The notes: generated by a model from the sequence alone, not told the origin. 64,000 nt of DNA from an uncultured Planctomycetales bacterium (GCA_964645795.1 CAZYCL010000002.1:16352-80351); one strand, 5' to 3'. Shown: positions 1-10,202, numbered from the stretch's first letter. Made by a program: numbers and translations.

Positions 1-792
1 GCCGGCCAGGAGCTTGACTATCTGGAACTGGGCGAAGTTGGTATCCTGGAACTCGTCGACCAGGATATACCTGAACTGCTTCTGATAATTGCTTAAGATA
101 AGCGGGTGCTCGCGCAGGAGTTTTAGGGCAAGGTAGAACTGGTTTCCGAAGTCCACCAGGCCATTCTTGGCCAACAGGTCCAGATACCTGCCGTAGGCCC
201 TGGCCAGCTCTTCCTGCCGCACAGCTTCTTCCTTCAGGGCCCGGTCCTCGGGTTTATCGACCGAGGCGGCTTTAAGCCCGGCAGCAAAATCAATATAGTC
301 AGAGGCGGATATATCCTCGTCCCTTGCGCGGTTAAAAAGGGTTATGAGGGCCTCCACGAAGCGCGTGGGGTCGGCCAAGGGACGAAAGTATGAGAGCTCA
401 AACTCGAAAAGATGCTCGCGAAAGAAAACCGCGGACTCGGGCCTGGTCAGGACCTTGAAATCGCTGTCTAAGCCGGCGATAAGGGAGTTTTCGCGCAGGA
501 CCCTGTCGCCGAAGGCATGGAACGTAGATATCCAGATATCGGTGTAACCGTAGGGCAGGAGCACGTCCACCCTTTCGGTCATTTCCCTGGCGGCCTTATC
601 CGTAAAGGTAAGGGCCAGGATCTCATTGATCCTGCAGATCCCCTGCGAGATAAGCCAGGCAATACGCCGGGTGATCACCGTGGTCTTGCCCGTTCCGGCT
701 CCCGCGATGATCAAAAGCGGGCCCTCGGAATGCGTCACCGCTTCTTTTTGCTGGGGGTTGAGATGTTCGGTTATGTCTACCCGGTCATTCAT
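1..792 (-). CDS. UvrD/PcrA-family DNA helicase, N-terminal part; the gene continues beyond the window start
   Basis: Minus-strand translation from the ATG at 790-792 reads MNDRVDITEHLNPQQKEAVTHSEGPLLIIAGAGTGKTTVITRRIAWLI. This is a Walker A/helicase motif I of the UvrD type, and the frame stays open to position 1. Confidence 0.8.
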   Translation of the reverse strand, partial: MNDRVDITEHLNPQQKEAVTHSEGPLLIIAGAGTGKTTVITRRIAWLISQGICRINEILALTFTDKAAREMTERVDVLLPYGYTDIWISTFHAFGDRVLRENSLIAGLDSDFKVLTRPESAVFFREHLFEFELSYFRPLADPTRFVEALITLFNRARDEDISASDYIDFAAGLKAASVDKPEDRALKEEAVRQEELARAYGRYLDLLAKNGLVDFGNQFYLALKLLREHPLILSNYQKQFRYILVDEFQDTNFAQFQIVKLLAG

Positions 793-806
793 CGCTGTCT
801 TGCTCT

Positions 807-836
807 ATTATAATAGGCAGTTATTTGCCTTGACAA
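807..836 (-). promoter_or_regulatory. Putative sigma70 promoter for the helicase gene (TTGTCA-18-TATAAT). The ATG lies about 14 nt after the -10 box, so the mRNA would be nearly leaderless.
   Basis: The reverse complement of 831-836 is TTGTCA and that of 807-812 is TATAAT. The -35 hexamer is part of the palindrome CTTGACAAG, which is shared with the plus-strand promoter. Confidence 0.35.
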
Positions 837-857
837 GCCGATATTTTTTTGTATACT
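830..857 (+). promoter_or_regulatory. Putative sigma70 promoter for rpmB (TTGACA-16-TATACT)
   Basis: TTGACA sits at 830-835 and TATACT at 852-857. A GAGGTG Shine-Dalgarno follows at about 872-877, with the ATG at 885. Confidence 0.45.
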
Positions 858-884
858 TTAACTCTACGGAATTGAGGTGAAAAA

Positions 885-1112
885 ATGCTTAAAATTTGCG
901 CTATATGTAAAAAAGGTGAGTTAACGGGCAAACGCATCTCCAGAAAAGGCCAGTATAAGGCTAAGGGCGGTACGGGCAGCAAGATCGCGCGCTGGACCAT
1001 GCGCAAGTTCCTTCCTAATCTGCAGAAGCTGCGTATCATAGTAGACGGAATACCCAAGCAGGTATATATCTGCACCAAGTGCATCAAAAAAGGAAACTTC
1101 CAGAAAGCCTGA
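885..1112 (+). CDS. rpmB: 50S ribosomal protein L28
   Basis: The 75-aa product is basic and reads MLKICAICKKGELTGKRISRKG...FLPNLQKLRIIVDGIPKQVYICTKCIKKG, the L28 signature with its C-x-x-C pairs. A good SD precedes it. Confidence 0.85.
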   Translation: MLKICAICKKGELTGKRISRKGQYKAKGGTGSKIARWTMRKFLPNLQKLRIIVDGIPKQVYICTKCIKKGNFQKA

Positions 1113-1114
1113 TC

Positions 1115-2803
1115 CTACTTCAAGAAAATATCTTTGGCTTCCAGTATGAGAGAAGACTCACCCTGCCAGGTGTCTAACCTCGGGGTATAGACCAGGTCAA
1201 ATTCCTCAGCCGCCTCCAAGCTTTCTTTCAAGGGCGCCATGCCGAAGCCGATCACCTGGTGCGTAAAATCCCCGTCAGTTACCCAGAATTTAAGGGTGTC
1301 CCGGCTTAGCTCCTGAATGCGGCTTTTTAGCTTCAAGCTGCGGCTTAAAAAAAGCGGCTCGGGGTTTCCGGCGCCGAAAGGCTCAAGCCGCTCCAGCTCT
1401 CCCACCAGCCTTTCGTTTATTTCACAAAAACCAAGCTGCGCGTCTATGTCGATGCTGGGCAGAAGGTCTTCGACAGTCAGCTCTTCGCGGGCAAAACGGT
1501 TGATGCTTTCGCGAAAATCTGCGATATTGTCGCGGGTGATCACCAGGCCCGCGGCGTGGCTATGCCCTCCGAAAGAATCAAGCAACCCCTGACACTCGGA
1601 CAGGGCGCGGAACAAATGAAAGTTCTTTATCGAGCGGCCCGAGCCCTTACAAAGCTCTTCGTTAAGGGAAATGACTATCGCCGGGCGGTAAAACCTGTCA
1701 GCCAGCTTCGAAGCCACAATACCCAGCACGCCGTGGTGCCAGTCTTCCTTGGCTATGACTATGACCTTATGCTCCTTGAAGTTCACTTCCCGGTTGATAA
1801 TATGCTCGGCCTCCTCCATAATCTTATTCTCGATCTTCTGACGCTGGCGGTTATGCAGCTCGACGATCCTGGCAAGCTCCGAGGCGTTATCGGCATTTTT
1901 GCTCATCAGCAGCTCGAATGACACCTCGGCCTGCCCCATGCGTCCGGCGGCGTTGATACGCGGGCCCAGGATAAAACTTACGCTGCTGGAGCCAAACTTC
2001 CTGTTCTTTATCCCGGCGCTCTCGATAAGCGCCTTAAGCCCGGGGCGGCTGGTGCGCGCAAGCCTCAACAGTCCTTCCTTGGCGATGATCCTGTTTTCAT
2101 CCACCAGCGGCACGACATCCGCGATGGTGCCCAAAGATACCAGGTCCAGCTCCTCCAACAACTCATCTGCGGCCAGGGCCTGACAGAACTTGTAAGCTAC
2201 CCCGACTCCCGCCAGCTCCTTAAAAGGATACGGGCAGCCGGCTATCTTGGGGTTGATTATCGCCGAAGCCTCGGGCAGCTCTGGCGTACGGGGCTGGTGA
2301 TGGTCGGTAACGATAACGCGCACGCCGCGAGAAACCAGTTCTCTTATCGGGCGATGATCGCTTATGCCGCAATCGGCGGTTATCAGGAGGCTGACGTGGC
2401 GGGATTGCGCCATCTCCAGGGCTTGCCTGCCAAGGCCGTAACCCTCTTTGATCCTGTTGGGAAGGGCGTGTATCGTCTGAATGCCCAAGCGCTGGAATGT
2501 CTCTTTAAGCAGCGCCAGGGAAGTTATCCCGTCGACATCGTAATCCCCGAAAAGCATGATCCCGGAGCCGCGGGAGGCCTCGCTCTTGACCAGCTCCACG
2601 GCCTTTTGCATATCGGAAAAGATGAACGGGTCGCGCAGGTCCCCGGTAGAGACGTTCAGGAACCTTTCTGCATCTTTTGTCGATCTTATGCCGCGATTGT
2701 AAAGGATGGCGCAGAGCGTTTTAGAGACGCCGAGGTTTTTTACGGCCTCGGCTTCAAAGATGGGGTCACGAAACGCTAAATTGAGGATTTTGTGAGTATG
2801 CAT
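1115..2803 (-). CDS. recJ: Single-stranded-DNA-specific exonuclease RecJ
   Basis: 562 aa with DHH-family motifs (LFGDYDVDGITS, VIVTDHHQP) and a DHHA1-type C-terminal region, giving the RecJ architecture. Confidence 0.9.
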   Translation of the reverse strand: MHTHKILNLAFRDPIFEAEAVKNLGVSKTLCAILYNRGIRSTKDAERFLNVSTGDLRDPFIFSDMQKAVELVKSEASRGSGIMLFGDYDVDGITSLALLKETFQRLGIQTIHALPNRIKEGYGLGRQALEMAQSRHVSLLITADCGISDHRPIRELVSRGVRVIVTDHHQPRTPELPEASAIINPKIAGCPYPFKELAGVGVAYKFCQALAADELLEELDLVSLGTIADVVPLVDENRIIAKEGLLRLARTSRPGLKALIESAGIKNRKFGSSSVSFILGPRINAAGRMGQAEVSFELLMSKNADNASELARIVELHNRQRQKIENKIMEEAEHIINREVNFKEHKVIVIAKEDWHHGVLGIVASKLADRFYRPAIVISLNEELCKGSGRSIKNFHLFRALSECQGLLDSFGGHSHAAGLVITRDNIADFRESINRFAREELTVEDLLPSIDIDAQLGFCEINERLVGELERLEPFGAGNPEPLFLSRSLKLKSRIQELSRDTLKFWVTDGDFTHQVIGFGMAPLKESLEAAEEFDLVYTPRLDTWQGESSLILEAKDIFLK

Positions 2804-2920
2804 GAGTTACGACTTATCCCTTACGCTTACCTGATTAAAAGATCGGGCAGGGGTAAGGGATGAATTCGGTCATAAGCTTACGTTCGCTCGCTGCGCTCAT
2901 TCCGTAAGCTTATACCTCAT

Positions 2921-4558
2921 TCACATTTTTTCGGGCTTAGAGACTCCCAAAAGGTCAAGGCCGGCGGCCAGGACCTGGCGCACGGCGTAAATGAGACAAA
3001 GGCGGGCGTTGCTAAGCTGCGCATCCTGCCCCAGGACGCGATGAAGGTCGTAAAACTTATGGAAAGCCTCAGCCAGCTCCTGCAGGTATACCGTAAGCAT
3101 ATACGGATCTAAGGTGCTAAGGCATATGTGAAGCGTGGAAGGAAAAGCCAGGGCCTTTCTCATCAGCGCTATCTCTTCGGCCTCATTCAAAACGGAAAGG
3201 TCCGCATTCTTATCCAGCCCCGAAGAGTTATTATTGAGTATGTTGGAGATCCTGGCGTGGGCGTATTGGACGTAAAATACGGGATTCTCGGCTGTCTGCT
3301 TCTTGGCGACCTCGAGGTCGAAATCGAGGTGGCTGGAGGTGCGCCGCATGACGAAGAAGAACCTGGCGGCGTCCTTGCCCACTTCGTCAAGCACTTCACG
3401 CAGGCTGATATACTGGCCTTTGCGCGTAGACATGTGCAGGATCTTGCCCGCCCTGTAAATGGTGGCCAGCTGCACGATAACTACCGAAAGCGCATCCGAG
3501 GGATGCTCGAAAGCCTGAACCGCCGCATTTATGCGGCTGATGTAGCCGTGGTGGTCAGGGCCCCAGAGGTTTATCAATCGCTGGAATCCGCGCTTGAACT
3601 TGTCCTGATGGTAGGCGATATCCGGGGCAAGATAAGTCAAGGCCCCGTCGCTCTTAACTACCACCCGGTCTTTGTCGTCGCCAAACTGCGTGGACTTGAA
3701 CCAAAGGGCGCCTTCCTTTTCATAAAGCAGGCCTCTTTTCTTCAGGTATTCGAAAGCCTCCTCGATCTTGCCGCTCCTGGCCAGCTCTTTCTGCGAATAC
3801 CAGCTGTCAAAGCGCACGCCGAAATCGCAAAGCTCCTTCTTTATCGTCTCCAGGATCCTTGCCGCGGCAAAATCACCCAAGTCCCGGCTCTGGATCTTAA
3901 GCCCGCTGGCCTGCCTGGCCAGATCGTAAATATAGTCGCCCTGATAAAAGTTCTCTGGAAAATCGTGCTTTTCGCCGGCCAGCTCTTTGGCGCGCAGCTC
4001 CACGGACGAACCGAGTATATTTATCTGGTTGCCCTCGTCGTTAAGATAATACTCCCGCTGCACGCGAAAACCCAGAAACTGCATTATGTTGGCCAGGCAA
4101 TCACCCACCGCGGCCTGCCGGGCATGGGCAACGGAAAGCGAACCGGTGGGATTGGCGCTGACGAACTCTATGAGCACCTGCCTGGAGTCGCCGGCGTCAT
4201 ATCTTAGGGCCTCTATGCCGGAGTGCAGAATCTCGGATATCCCGCGCAGGAAGTAACGTTTATCAAAATAAAAGTTTATAAAACCTGCGCCTTCCGCCCG
4301 TATCTGCGCGATGTAATCCTTGAGCTCTCCCTTGTTTAGATCTTGTGTTAACTTTTCGGCGATCTCGCGGGCCACTTCGATAGGCGGCTTTTTCAGGGGT
4401 TTGGCCAGCCGCATCGCCAGGTTAGTGGAAAGGTCCCCGAACCTGTTGTCGCAGACGGCATCAAGCAGGATCTGCGTACTGCCTGAAACCTCAAACCCGA
4501 GGTCCTGGACTGCGGTGTTTATCGCCCGGATAAGCGAATCCTGAATGTCTATTTTCAT
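2921..4558 (-). CDS. argS: Arginyl-tRNA synthetase
   Basis: Class I synthetase with the HIGH-type motif (VSANPTGSLSVAHARQAAVGD) and an ArgRS anticodon-binding C-terminus. The start is set at the internal MKIDIQ; the longest ORF extends to 4600. Confidence 0.9.
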   Translation of the reverse strand: MKIDIQDSLIRAINTAVQDLGFEVSGSTQILLDAVCDNRFGDLSTNLAMRLAKPLKKPPIEVAREIAEKLTQDLNKGELKDYIAQIRAEGAGFINFYFDKRYFLRGISEILHSGIEALRYDAGDSRQVLIEFVSANPTGSLSVAHARQAAVGDCLANIMQFLGFRVQREYYLNDEGNQINILGSSVELRAKELAGEKHDFPENFYQGDYIYDLARQASGLKIQSRDLGDFAAARILETIKKELCDFGVRFDSWYSQKELARSGKIEEAFEYLKKRGLLYEKEGALWFKSTQFGDDKDRVVVKSDGALTYLAPDIAYHQDKFKRGFQRLINLWGPDHHGYISRINAAVQAFEHPSDALSVVIVQLATIYRAGKILHMSTRKGQYISLREVLDEVGKDAARFFFVMRRTSSHLDFDLEVAKKQTAENPVFYVQYAHARISNILNNNSSGLDKNADLSVLNEAEEIALMRKALAFPSTLHICLSTLDPYMLTVYLQELAEAFHKFYDLHRVLGQDAQLSNARLCLIYAVRQVLAAGLDLLGVSKPEKM

Positions 4559-4610
4559 TTCTTTAAGGCGGAGTAACTTCCGAGGTAGGCAACAGAGCAA
4601 AAAATAGGGC

Positions 4611-4973
4611 CTATTTCAGGCTCCTGGGGATCCTGACCCTTTTGGCATCGCTCCACAAGCGCTCCAGGGCGTAAAAATCCCGGACAGGCTTGTGGAACAC
4701 GTGAACTACTACCGAAGAGAAATCCACGACGATCCATCCGGACTCGTCGTTGGCCGGGATACCCGAGAGCGGCCTGATCCCTTCTTTTTCCAGCTCATCC
4801 CTGATGCCGTGGGCAAAGGCATTGACCTGCCTCAAGGATGTGCCGCTGGCGATAACGAAATAATCGCAGAGGCTGGAAAGCCCGCTCAGATCCAGGACTA
4901 AGACGTTCTGCGCTTTCTTTGCCCTGGCTAAAAGCGCGATCCTTAAGGCTAGTTTTTTTGTGTCTGTCTTCAG
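4611..4973 (-). CDS. rsfS: Ribosomal silencing factor RsfS (Iojap family). The start codon is uncertain because no in-frame ATG, GTG or TTG lies upstream of the conserved region.
   Basis: The conserved RsfS core reads ...VLVLDLSGLSSLCDYFVIASGTSLRQVNAFAHGIRDELEKEG...WIVVDFSSVVVHVFHKPVRDFYALERLW. The frame is open from 5015 down to the TTG at 4835. The N-terminal homology needs a start near 4950-4975 (CTG or ATA). Confidence 0.7.
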   Translation of the reverse strand: MKTDTKKLALRIALLARAKKAQNVLVLDLSGLSSLCDYFVIASGTSLRQVNAFAHGIRDELEKEGIRPLSGIPANDESGWIVVDFSSVVVHVFHKPVRDFYALERLWSDAKRVRIPRSLK

Positions 4974-4995
4974 AGGTTCCTTCTTCTGGTTAGTC

Positions 4996-5145
4996 TCTAT
5001 TTTTTGCCCAGTATCTTATACATTCCGGTTCCGCAGCTGGGGCATTTTCCTTTTACCGCCGCGCGGCCGTTTTTCATCGTCACCTTCTGCTCGTCCTTCA
5101 TTTCTCTGCTAGCTTTGCACTTTACGCAATAACCTTTCTCACCCA
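4996..5145 (-). CDS. Small zinc-ribbon protein of about 49 aa (DUF5679-like), absent from the ORF track
   Basis: The ATG at 5143-5145 is preceded by AAAGGAGGAATCGA. The product is MGEKGYCVKCKASREMKDEQKVTMKNGRAAVKGKCPSCGTGMYKILGKK, with two CxxC pairs. Confidence 0.6.
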
Positions 5146-5179
5146 TTCGATTCCTCCTTTAGTAAGTCAACTAGTTAAA

Positions 5180-5207
5180 ATGATACCACAAAAAGAAAAA
5201 CAATCAA
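5180..5207 (-). promoter_or_regulatory. Possible extended -10 promoter (TTGATT-16-TGgTATCAT) for the small zinc-ribbon gene
   Basis: The reverse complement of 5180-5185 is TATCAT with TGg immediately upstream. The -35-like TTGATT is at 5202-5207 and overlaps the end of the upstream CDS. Confidence 0.25.
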
Positions 5208-6221
<1,014 letters not shown>

Positions 6222-6223
6222 AT

Positions 6224-7489
6224 CTAGGACCCTATCCTTTTATGGATCTCTTTTTCATAAGGCTTAAGCTCGCCGATCAAGGCCAGGTTTATCTTGTCTT
6301 TCTTAAAAAGGTACTCCGCGGCTTCCTTTATGTGATGGCGGCCGATCTTCTCTACTTCCCGGTTGATCTCCTGCAGGCTGTAAGTCTTGTCCAGCGCCAC
6401 CGTCGAATCCCCTATCCAGAGCATGTGGTCCATGGTGTCTTCCAAGGCAAGGCGCAGCTGCCCCACGTAATAGTCCTTGGCGCGCTTGAGCTCATCCGCA
6501 GTTACGGGCTTCTCCCGCACCAGCTCAAGCTCTTTTAGTATGAGGCTCAATGCCTGGGCGGTCTTTTTATTATCCGTGCCGGCGTGCACCAGGAATGCCC
6601 CGGTATCGGCGTAGCGCTTAACCTGCGTGCCGATCTCGTAAGCCAGCCCGCGCCTCTCCCTTACTTCTTCGAACAGCCGGCTGGACATATTCGCGCCCAA
6701 TATAATATGCAGGAGCGAGACAGCATGGTGCAGCGGATGGCCCCGCTTGAAACCATGAAAACCTATGGCCATATGAGTCTGGGCGGTTTTCTTATGCAAA
6801 AACTTTACCTGCGGCATATCCTGGCTCTCTATGGCTGAGAAGAAAGTCGCCTTCTCGCTCTTTTTGAGGCCCGAGAACGCCTGGCGGCTTAGCTCAAGCA
6901 ACATCTCGTGTTCAAGGTTGCCTGCTGCCGCGATCACCAGATGCGAAGAGGAGTAATGCTGGTTTCTATAGGCCGCCAGGTCTTTGCGGGATATCGAACC
7001 AACGGTGGATTTCCTGCCGATGATCGGACAGCCCAAAGGCTGGTCCGGCCAGAGCAGCTCATCGAGCAGCTCATAGACATGGCTTTGCGGCAGGTCTTCA
7101 TACATCTTTATCTCTTCGAGGATCACCGTTTTTTCTTTTTCTATGTCGGACGGCTTTAATAAAGGATGCAGCATCATATCCGAAAGTATCCTGAACGCAA
7201 GCCTAAGATATTTAGCGGGGACCTTGGCCAGATAACAGGTATTTTCTTCCGAGGTAAATCCGTTGAGGTTTCCGCCGATGCCTTCGATCTCCTCTTTTAT
7301 CCTGCGGCAGGAGTATCTGGGCGTGCCCTTGAAAAGCATGTGTTCGAGAAAATGCGAAATGCCCTTCTGCTGGAGCGTCTCAAGACGGCTGCCCACGCGC
7401 ATCCACAGCCCAAGGGTGACCGATTGCATCAAGGGCATCCTGTGGGTAACCAGGGTCACGCCGTTTGCCAGCTTGGTCTTTCTATACAC
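6224..7489 (-). CDS. M16-family zinc peptidase (pitrilysin-like)
   Basis: Inverted zinc-binding motif HFLEHMLFKGT (HxxEH) near the N-terminus; 421 aa. Confidence 0.85.
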   Translation of the reverse strand: MYRKTKLANGVTLVTHRMPLMQSVTLGLWMRVGSRLETLQQKGISHFLEHMLFKGTPRYSCRRIKEEIEGIGGNLNGFTSEENTCYLAKVPAKYLRLAFRILSDMMLHPLLKPSDIEKEKTVILEEIKMYEDLPQSHVYELLDELLWPDQPLGCPIIGRKSTVGSISRKDLAAYRNQHYSSSHLVIAAAGNLEHEMLLELSRQAFSGLKKSEKATFFSAIESQDMPQVKFLHKKTAQTHMAIGFHGFKRGHPLHHAVSLLHIILGANMSSRLFEEVRERRGLAYEIGTQVKRYADTGAFLVHAGTDNKKTAQALSLILKELELVREKPVTADELKRAKDYYVGQLRLALEDTMDHMLWIGDSTVALDKTYSLQEINREVEKIGRHHIKEAAEYLFKKDKINLALIGELKPYEKEIHKRIGS

Positions 7490-8279
7490 GAACGTCTCCT
7501 TTCAAAGCGCTTACGAATCTGCCCAGGCGCCTAAGGGCGCCCTTTTTACCCAGGCCTTCCCCGATCTTCTTGACGATAGCGCTGCCTACGATCACGCCGT
7601 CGGCAAAAGCCTGCACCTGCCTGACCTGGCTTGGGGTTGAAACCCCGAAGCCCACGCATACGGGATTCCTGGTCAGGCGCTTTAAGGCCGATACTTTTTT
7701 CTTGAGTTCTCCGGCAAGCGCCCTTCGCTGGCCGGTCACCCCTGTCAGCGATACGTAATAAATAAAGCCTCTCGCGCGGCGGCAGATATTCCTGGCCCGA
7801 TCTATTGAGGTGGTCGGAGACACAAAAGAAATGACGTGCAGCCCGAGCTTATCGGCGGATGCCTTAAACTCTTGCGCCTCCTCCTGCGGCAGGTCCGGGA
7901 CGATCACCCCGTCCACTCCGCTTGCGCAGGCGGCATTGATAAAACGCTCCTGCCCGAAGGAAAACACCGGATTAAAATAAGTCATAAGACATATCGGGAT
8001 ATCGACGCTGGCGCGCGCCCTCCTGACCATGCGCAATATCTTATCGAGGGAAACCCCCTTTTTTAACGCTGCCTTCGAAGCCTCCTGTATAACCGCGCCG
8101 TCGGCCATCGGGTCGGTAAAAGGCACCCCCAGCTCAACGATGTCCACGCCGATACGTTCAAACTCGACCAAGAGCGCCTCGGTCATTTTAAGGCTGGGGT
8201 AGCCGGCGCTGATAAAAGCGATAAATGCCTTCTTGCCGCATTTGCGCAGTTCTTTGAATTTTGAGTCGATGCGGTTCAT
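7482..8279 (-). CDS. trpA: Tryptophan synthase alpha chain
   Basis: 265 aa TIM-barrel TrpA with conserved GVDIVELGVPFSDPMADG and YFVSLTGVTG regions. Confidence 0.9.
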   Translation of the reverse strand: MNRIDSKFKELRKCGKKAFIAFISAGYPSLKMTEALLVEFERIGVDIVELGVPFTDPMADGAVIQEASKAALKKGVSLDKILRMVRRARASVDIPICLMTYFNPVFSFGQERFINAACASGVDGVIVPDLPQEEAQEFKASADKLGLHVISFVSPTTSIDRARNICRRARGFIYYVSLTGVTGQRRALAGELKKKVSALKRLTRNPVCVGFGVSTPSQVRQVQAFADGVIVGSAIVKKIGEGLGKKGALRRLGRFVSALKGDVRV

Positions 8280-8282
8280 GCT

Positions 8283-9464
8283 TTACTCTACCTTCAAATA
8301 CTTCGTAACTATACCCATATCCTTGTCTCCCCTTCCGGACAGACATACTATGACCAGTGAATTCTTCTTTATCCTGCCCCTGTTATTAAACAGGTAAGCC
8401 AGCGCGTGCGCGGACTCCAGCGCCGGGATTATGCCCTCTTTCTCCGACAGGATCCTGAAGCCATTGAGCGTTTCTTTATCGCTTACCGCCGCGTATTCAG
8501 CGCGCCCGATCCTGTTGTAATAGGCGTGCTCCGGGCCTACGCCGGGATAATCAAGCCCCGCGGATATCGAATGCGTAGGCAGTATCTGGCCGTCCTTGTC
8601 GTAGAGTAGGTTGGATTTTGAGCCATGTAGGACGCCGATTTTTCCCACGACAATGGTCGCTGCATGCTCTCCCGGACCTCTGCCTCTGCCTCCGGCCTCT
8701 ACCCCTATAAAAACCACCTTTTTGTCTCCGAAGAAAGGATGAAACAACCCCAAAGAGTTGCTGCCGCCTCCCACGCAGGCAACCAGATAATCCGGCAGCC
8801 TATTCTCTTTCTTGAGGATCTGCCGCCTGGCTTCCCGGCCGATCACTGCCTGAAGATCGCGCACGAGGGCCGGATAAGGATGCGGCCCGGCGACGGTCCC
8901 GATGACATAATGCGTAGTTCTGACATTGGTCACCCAATCCCTTAACGCCTCGGTCATCGCATCTTTAAGGGTCCTTGAACCGCTCTTTACGGGGATAACC
9001 CGGGCGCCTAATAGCTTCATGCGGTAAACATTAAGGGCTTGACGGGCGATATCCTCTTCTCCCATATAAACGTCGCATTCAAGACCGAAGAGACTGGCCA
9101 CTGTAGCGGTGGCCACGCCGTGCTGGCCGGCTCCGGTCTCGGCGATAACGCGCCGCTTCTTCATCCTTAAAGCCAGAAGCGCCTGTCCGATGGTATTGTT
9201 GATCTTGTGCGCCCCGGTGTGTAAAAGATCCTCTCTCTTCAGATAAACCCGAAAACCCAGGATTTTGCTTAAGTTGGCGGCATAGTAGAGGGGAGTGGGC
9301 CTGCCGGCATACTCCTTGAGATAATAATCGAACTGACCAAGAAACTTCTTGTCGCGTCTGGCCCTGGCGTACTCCCTTTCCAGCTCTTCCAGCGCATACA
9401 TCAACGTCTCGGGTACGAACTTGCCTCCGAACTCTCCGAAATGCCCTTTTTTATCCGGCAACAT
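8283..9464 (-). CDS. trpB: Tryptophan synthase beta chain
   Basis: 393 aa; PLP-site motif HTGAHKINN and [10 protein letters not shown]; an AGAGGA SD lies 5 nt upstream. Confidence 0.95.
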   Translation of the reverse strand: MLPDKKGHFGEFGGKFVPETLMYALEELEREYARARRDKKFLGQFDYYLKEYAGRPTPLYYAANLSKILGFRVYLKREDLLHTGAHKINNTIGQALLALRMKKRRVIAETGAGQHGVATATVASLFGLECDVYMGEEDIARQALNVYRMKLLGARVIPVKSGSRTLKDAMTEALRDWVTNVRTTHYVIGTVAGPHPYPALVRDLQAVIGREARRQILKKENRLPDYLVACVGGGSNSLGLFHPFFGDKKVVFIGVEAGGRGRGPGEHAATIVVGKIGVLHGSKSNLLYDKDGQILPTHSISAGLDYPGVGPEHAYYNRIGRAEYAAVSDKETLNGFRILSEKEGIIPALESAHALAYLFNNRGRIKKNSLVIVCLSGRGDKDMGIVTKYLKVE

Positions 9465-9479
9465 ATTTCCTCTTTGCTT

Positions 9480-9517
9480 GGGGACTGTTCTTGGGACCTG
9501 TCCCCAGAACCGTCCCC
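9480..9517. repeat. GC-rich imperfect inverted repeat (about 17 bp arms) in the trpF-trpB spacer, immediately 5' of the trpB SD
   Basis: GGGGACTGTTCTTGGGAC / CTG / TCCCCAGAACCGTCCCC; the arms are complementary apart from two mismatches. Confidence 0.5.
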
Positions 9518-9522
9518 AAATC

Positions 9523-10137
9523 CTATCTCTTGGCTGCTTTTATGAACTCATCGACTTTCTTGTGGTCTTTTTTGCCTCGGCGCTCCTCGACTGAACTGGA
9601 GACATCTACCCAGTCCGGAGATACGCACTTAATGGCCTCAGGTACATTCCTGGCAGTAAGCCCTCCGGAAAGGAATATCACTTTACCTGCCAAATCGATC
9701 TGCCTGATCAGCTCCCAGTCGAACTTCTCTCCCGTGCCTCCGGCCTCACCCTTTACATAAGTATCAAAAAGATAGGCGAAGGTATCGTAGCGCAGCGCTC
9801 CCCTTAAATCCCTTTTTCTGTCGATCCTGAAGGCCTTGATTATTTTTTTACCCGCGAACTTGGAGCAGAACTCAGGGCTTTCGTCTCCGTGAAACTGAAG
9901 CATGTCGAATTTACAAAGCTGGTCGACCCAGCGGATATTGCTCTCCTTCTCATCGACAAAAACGCCGACTTTCAAAACTTCTTTATCCAGGCGGCTGGTT
10001 ATCTCGGCCGCTCTTTTGGGGGTTATATAACGGGCGCTCTCTTTATAGAAGAGGAAACCCAGGGCATCTGCTCCCGAATCAACAGCTGCCCGGGCATCTT
10101 CAAAATTAGTTATCCCGCAGATCTTTACCTTGACCAT
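9523..10137 (-). CDS. trpF: Phosphoribosylanthranilate isomerase
   Basis: Start set at the [10 protein letters not shown] motif, which is the second Met; the longest ORF begins at 10158. Confidence 0.85.
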   Translation of the reverse strand: MVKVKICGITNFEDARAAVDSGADALGFLFYKESARYITPKRAAEITSRLDKEVLKVGVFVDEKESNIRWVDQLCKFDMLQFHGDESPEFCSKFAGKKIIKAFRIDRKRDLRGALRYDTFAYLFDTYVKGEAGGTGEKFDWELIRQIDLAGKVIFLSGGLTARNVPEAIKCVSPDWVDVSSSVEERRGKKDHKKVDEFIKAAKR

Positions 10138-10173
10138 ATGGTTATCTTGTCTCGTCATGCCATCTTGTCTTTC

Positions 10174-10202
10174 GCAAAAAAATCTCTCAAAGATTTTTTT
10201 GC
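10174..10202. repeat. Perfect 11-bp palindrome GCAAAAAAATC / 7-nt loop / GATTTTTTTGC in the trpC-trpF spacer, an A7/T7 hairpin
   Basis: Read directly from the sequence. It is followed on the transcript by a twice-repeated AGACAAGAT. Confidence 0.55.

Noticed and set aside
3128-4207. 359-aa plus-strand ORF
   Set aside because: It lies entirely antisense to argS, which has clear synthetase motifs. It is Arg/Gly/Leu-rich as expected of a GC-rich antisense frame, so it is a shadow ORF.
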